Both the position numbers and the translations under genes were made by a program. A stretch of DNA of 28,075 nt from a virus. Its lineage: Duplodnaviria > Heunggongvirae > Uroviricota > Caudoviricetes. The stretch is from IMG/VR virus record IMGVR_UViG_2744054962_000004; one strand, written 5' to 3'. Shown in pieces: positions 26,040 to 28,075 of this stretch (the stretch's first letter is position 1; each line of letters starts with the position of its first letter). The notes under the pieces are model-generated. The model ran no database searches and had not been told where the DNA came from. It saw nothing but the letters and a program-made list of their open reading frames with translations.

Positions 26040-26717
26040 ATGGCAATGGGTCCGTTAACCATTGGTCGCCCGACTGAGGCGAAAATCAACAGCACAAGCA
26101 ACGATAGCAACGGTAGAACAACTAAAGGGGGTAACGGCTTTGCGATTATTACCTCTAACCTCGGCAGTGGTGCAAATGCTGCTTACAATGACTACCGGGC
26201 ATTATCATTTGATAACGTGGAATCGACGAAAGTTAGCCGAAATGCAGACGTTACAAGCTATGCCGTCGAATCAGGATCAGAAGTTAGTGATCATGTTCAA
26301 ATACGGAATAACAAGTTCACATTACAGGGGCGTATCTCTGAAACCGTATTGAAACTCAATCCCGATATGATTAAGAATGCGGGAATTAACGGCAATCGAC
26401 GTATGCTTATGCTTGAATACCTAAATCAGTTGATGGACAGTCGCCAACCTTTCCTACTTGTCACTGAGTTAAAAAATTATGACAACGTTGTGTTAGTTGG
26501 CATGTCTTACGAAGAAGAAGCAAGCGAAAGCTTATTGTTTACTCTTGATTTTGAGCAAATTCGTCTTGTCTCTAAGGCCACCACTAATGCTATTGCTGTA
26601 AAAACAGCACCAAATAAATCTGTAGGGGGACAGGTTAAAATGCAGGTAAATACAACAGAACAGAAAAATCAAAAAAGCCCAGGGCAAGACGTTGTAACGC
26701 CAGTATTTAAACAATAG
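26040..26717 (+). CDS. hypothetical protein (225 aa), probably structural
   Basis: ATG start preceded by a GGGGCTgtttAGCCCC hairpin (25998-26017); Ser/Thr/Asn-rich, predicted beta-rich; last gene before the integrase. Confidence 0.45.
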   Translation: MAMGPLTIGRPTEAKINSTSNDSNGRTTKGGNGFAIITSNLGSGANAAYNDYRALSFDNVESTKVSRNADVTSYAVESGSEVSDHVQIRNNKFTLQGRISETVLKLNPDMIKNAGINGNRRMLMLEYLNQLMDSRQPFLLVTELKNYDNVVLVGMSYEEEASESLLFTLDFEQIRLVSKATTNAIAVKTAPNKSVGGQVKMQVNTTEQKNQKSPGQDVVTPVFKQ

Positions 26718-26757
26718 CCTTAAACGCCTATGAAACGCTCTGTAACGAGATAATCAT

Positions 26758-26790
26758 AAAAGAGGCATCAATCTATATTGAAGCCTCTTT
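26758..26790. terminator. hairpin between convergent genes 26040..26717 and integrase 2
   Basis: AAAGAGGC (26758-26765) pairs with GCCTCTTT (26783-26790) around a 17-nt loop, with T/A-rich flanks on both sides; lies just before the integrase stop at 26798-26800. Confidence 0.5.
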
Positions 26791-26797
26791 ATTACGT

Positions 26798-28075
26798 CTA
26801 TGGCGTTGTTTTACGCCTTAAATTTGATTTTTTATTGATTGATAAGCCTTTCTCTATTTCAGGGTAGCGTAAAAGCTCAATATATTTTTTAAGCTCTACT
26901 GGAGAAGCTGCATTCTTGCTATATGTGCGGAATGTTTCTGTATTGCCGCGTGTATGGCCCAGGAGAAGGGCGATCCTGTCTTCTGGAATTTGATTTCGAT
27001 CAAGAAGCTGTGCTACTCCGTGTCTCAGAGAATGAAACACTTTCCTTTCTGTTCCCTTTTCCCCTAAAGCCTTTCGTTTAGCTCTTGTAAATCGTTGTGT
27101 ATGCCACGTAGAGCGTTTACCGTCAGCACGTTCTGTAATGCTGGCGTGATAGAACAAAAAGCCATTGTGAGGCTTTTCACGCAGCGACAACACCAACGGA
27201 GTGATAAGGTTATGCACAGGCACAAGACGTGCCGCAGCTTTCGTTTTTCCCTGTGTGATTTCAAAACACAGCACACCTTCGATCTCTTTCACATCGTCTA
27301 TTGTGATACTTGCTATCTCATTGATCCGCATACCTGTATATAAACCGATAAGACACAAAGCCGTCATTTCTTTGTTTTCTGCTGAATCACCGGAAAATAC
27401 TTGCAACACCTGCAATAGCTCTTTGTTAGAAAATGCCTCGTAGCTCTCTCTACTTTGTGCCACATCAAGCCTATGCCCTCGCCAGGGGGAGAGCGCCCTT
27501 TCTGGCGCATCGTGGTAACGTGATGAAGCTAACTCCCATAGCTGGGCCATTGGGCTGATATAATTTGCAATTGATTGTTGTGAAAGGGTTTTTTGCATGT
27601 GTTCAATCCAGCCTGTAACAGTGGTGCGGCTTACATCTTGCAATGCAATATCAGGCTTTTTACGGTAGGAGAGAAACATCTCTACCGCTTTTCTTGCCTT
27701 AGCTAAAGTGGCTGGCTTCTTCTTCGTGCTGTTAATTGTCAGGTAGATTTCAAGAATTTTAAGCAATGACGGACACGAAGACGCTGTATCTTGCATTCTG
27801 GTAGCTGTTTTGGCGTATTTAGCCTTACTGCGTAACAGTTCCAGCGTGTTTTCTATTGTGCTGTTTACAGGGGCAACACTCTCCCGTAAGCAATGGTATT
27901 CATCTGCAATCTGATCACGCTTTCGACGTGCCACACGAAGATTACTTGTGTGTAGACTTCTGACAAACGTCCTTTTTCCTTCAAAAAAGGGCTGCATATA
28001 CACAGGCAGCGTGATCCTTAAATAGTAGTTACCGTAAGAATCACAGATTAAGTATTGGTTAGGCTTGTATCTCAT
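26798..28075 (-). CDS. tyrosine recombinase / phage integrase (island 2)
   Basis: 425-aa ORF whose ATG is the last 3 nt of the window. ...GMRINEI..., ...KVFHSLRHGVAQLL..., ...GHTRGNTETFRTY... consistent with the R...HxxR(H)...Y signature. Paralogue of integrase 1 with a 49-aa identical block. Confidence 0.9.
   Translation of the reverse strand: MRYKPNQYLICDSYGNYYLRITLPVYMQPFFEGKRTFVRSLHTSNLRVARRKRDQIADEYHCLRESVAPVNSTIENTLELLRSKAKYAKTATRMQDTASSCPSLLKILEIYLTINSTKKKPATLAKARKAVEMFLSYRKKPDIALQDVSRTTVTGWIEHMQKTLSQQSIANYISPMAQLWELASSRYHDAPERALSPWRGHRLDVAQSRESYEAFSNKELLQVLQVFSGDSAENKEMTALCLIGLYTGMRINEIASITIDDVKEIEGVLCFEITQGKTKAAARLVPVHNLITPLVLSLREKPHNGFLFYHASITERADGKRSTWHTQRFTRAKRKALGEKGTERKVFHSLRHGVAQLLDRNQIPEDRIALLLGHTRGNTETFRTYSKNAASPVELKKYIELLRYPEIEKGLSINKKSNLRRKTTP

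Larger units (their letters stand above)
15023..28075. mobile_element. integrative island 2 (at least 13 kb, right boundary beyond window), related to island 1
   Basis: Begins at the tRNA-fragment junction and ends with a second tyrosine integrase (26798..28075, minus strand) whose start codon is at the window edge. Gene order and several proteins parallel island 1; the left ~500 bp is homologous to the left end of island 1. Confidence 0.65.

Overview
The window starts with the end of the enterobacterial proline operon (complete proA, 1..1254) followed by tRNA-Thr(CGU) (thrW-like, 1369..1444), a classic integration hotspot. The remaining ~26.6 kb is a tandem array of two related but clearly diverged integrase-bearing islands. 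Island 1 (about 1443..15022) is bounded by a 34-bp direct repeat of the tRNA 3' end (1409..1442 and 14987..15020). Island 2 (15023 to beyond the window end) has its integrase at the window edge. Both share a layout: a left-end cargo region, a repeat-rich control/origin region, a winged-helix replication-initiator-like gene with an acidic tail, a phage-structural-like module (a ~115-125 aa protein followed by a ~343 aa protein, plus a 600-700 aa coiled-coil protein with a Gly-rich hydrophobic segment), and a tyrosine integrase transcribed inward from the right end. No terminase, portal or lysis genes are visible, so these look like phage-satellite-like or cryptic islands rather than complete prophages. 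The most interesting candidates for an undescribed system are in the cargo: a zinc-ribbon/DUF4145-like protein convergent with an AT-rich 2TM membrane protein, a GNAT-toxin-like gene with a small upstream partner beside int1, and in island 2 a pair of convergent mini-ORFs and a Cys-rich secreted protein. All functional calls beyond proA, thrW and the integrases rest on motif recognition by eye and gene-order logic; no database search was possible.
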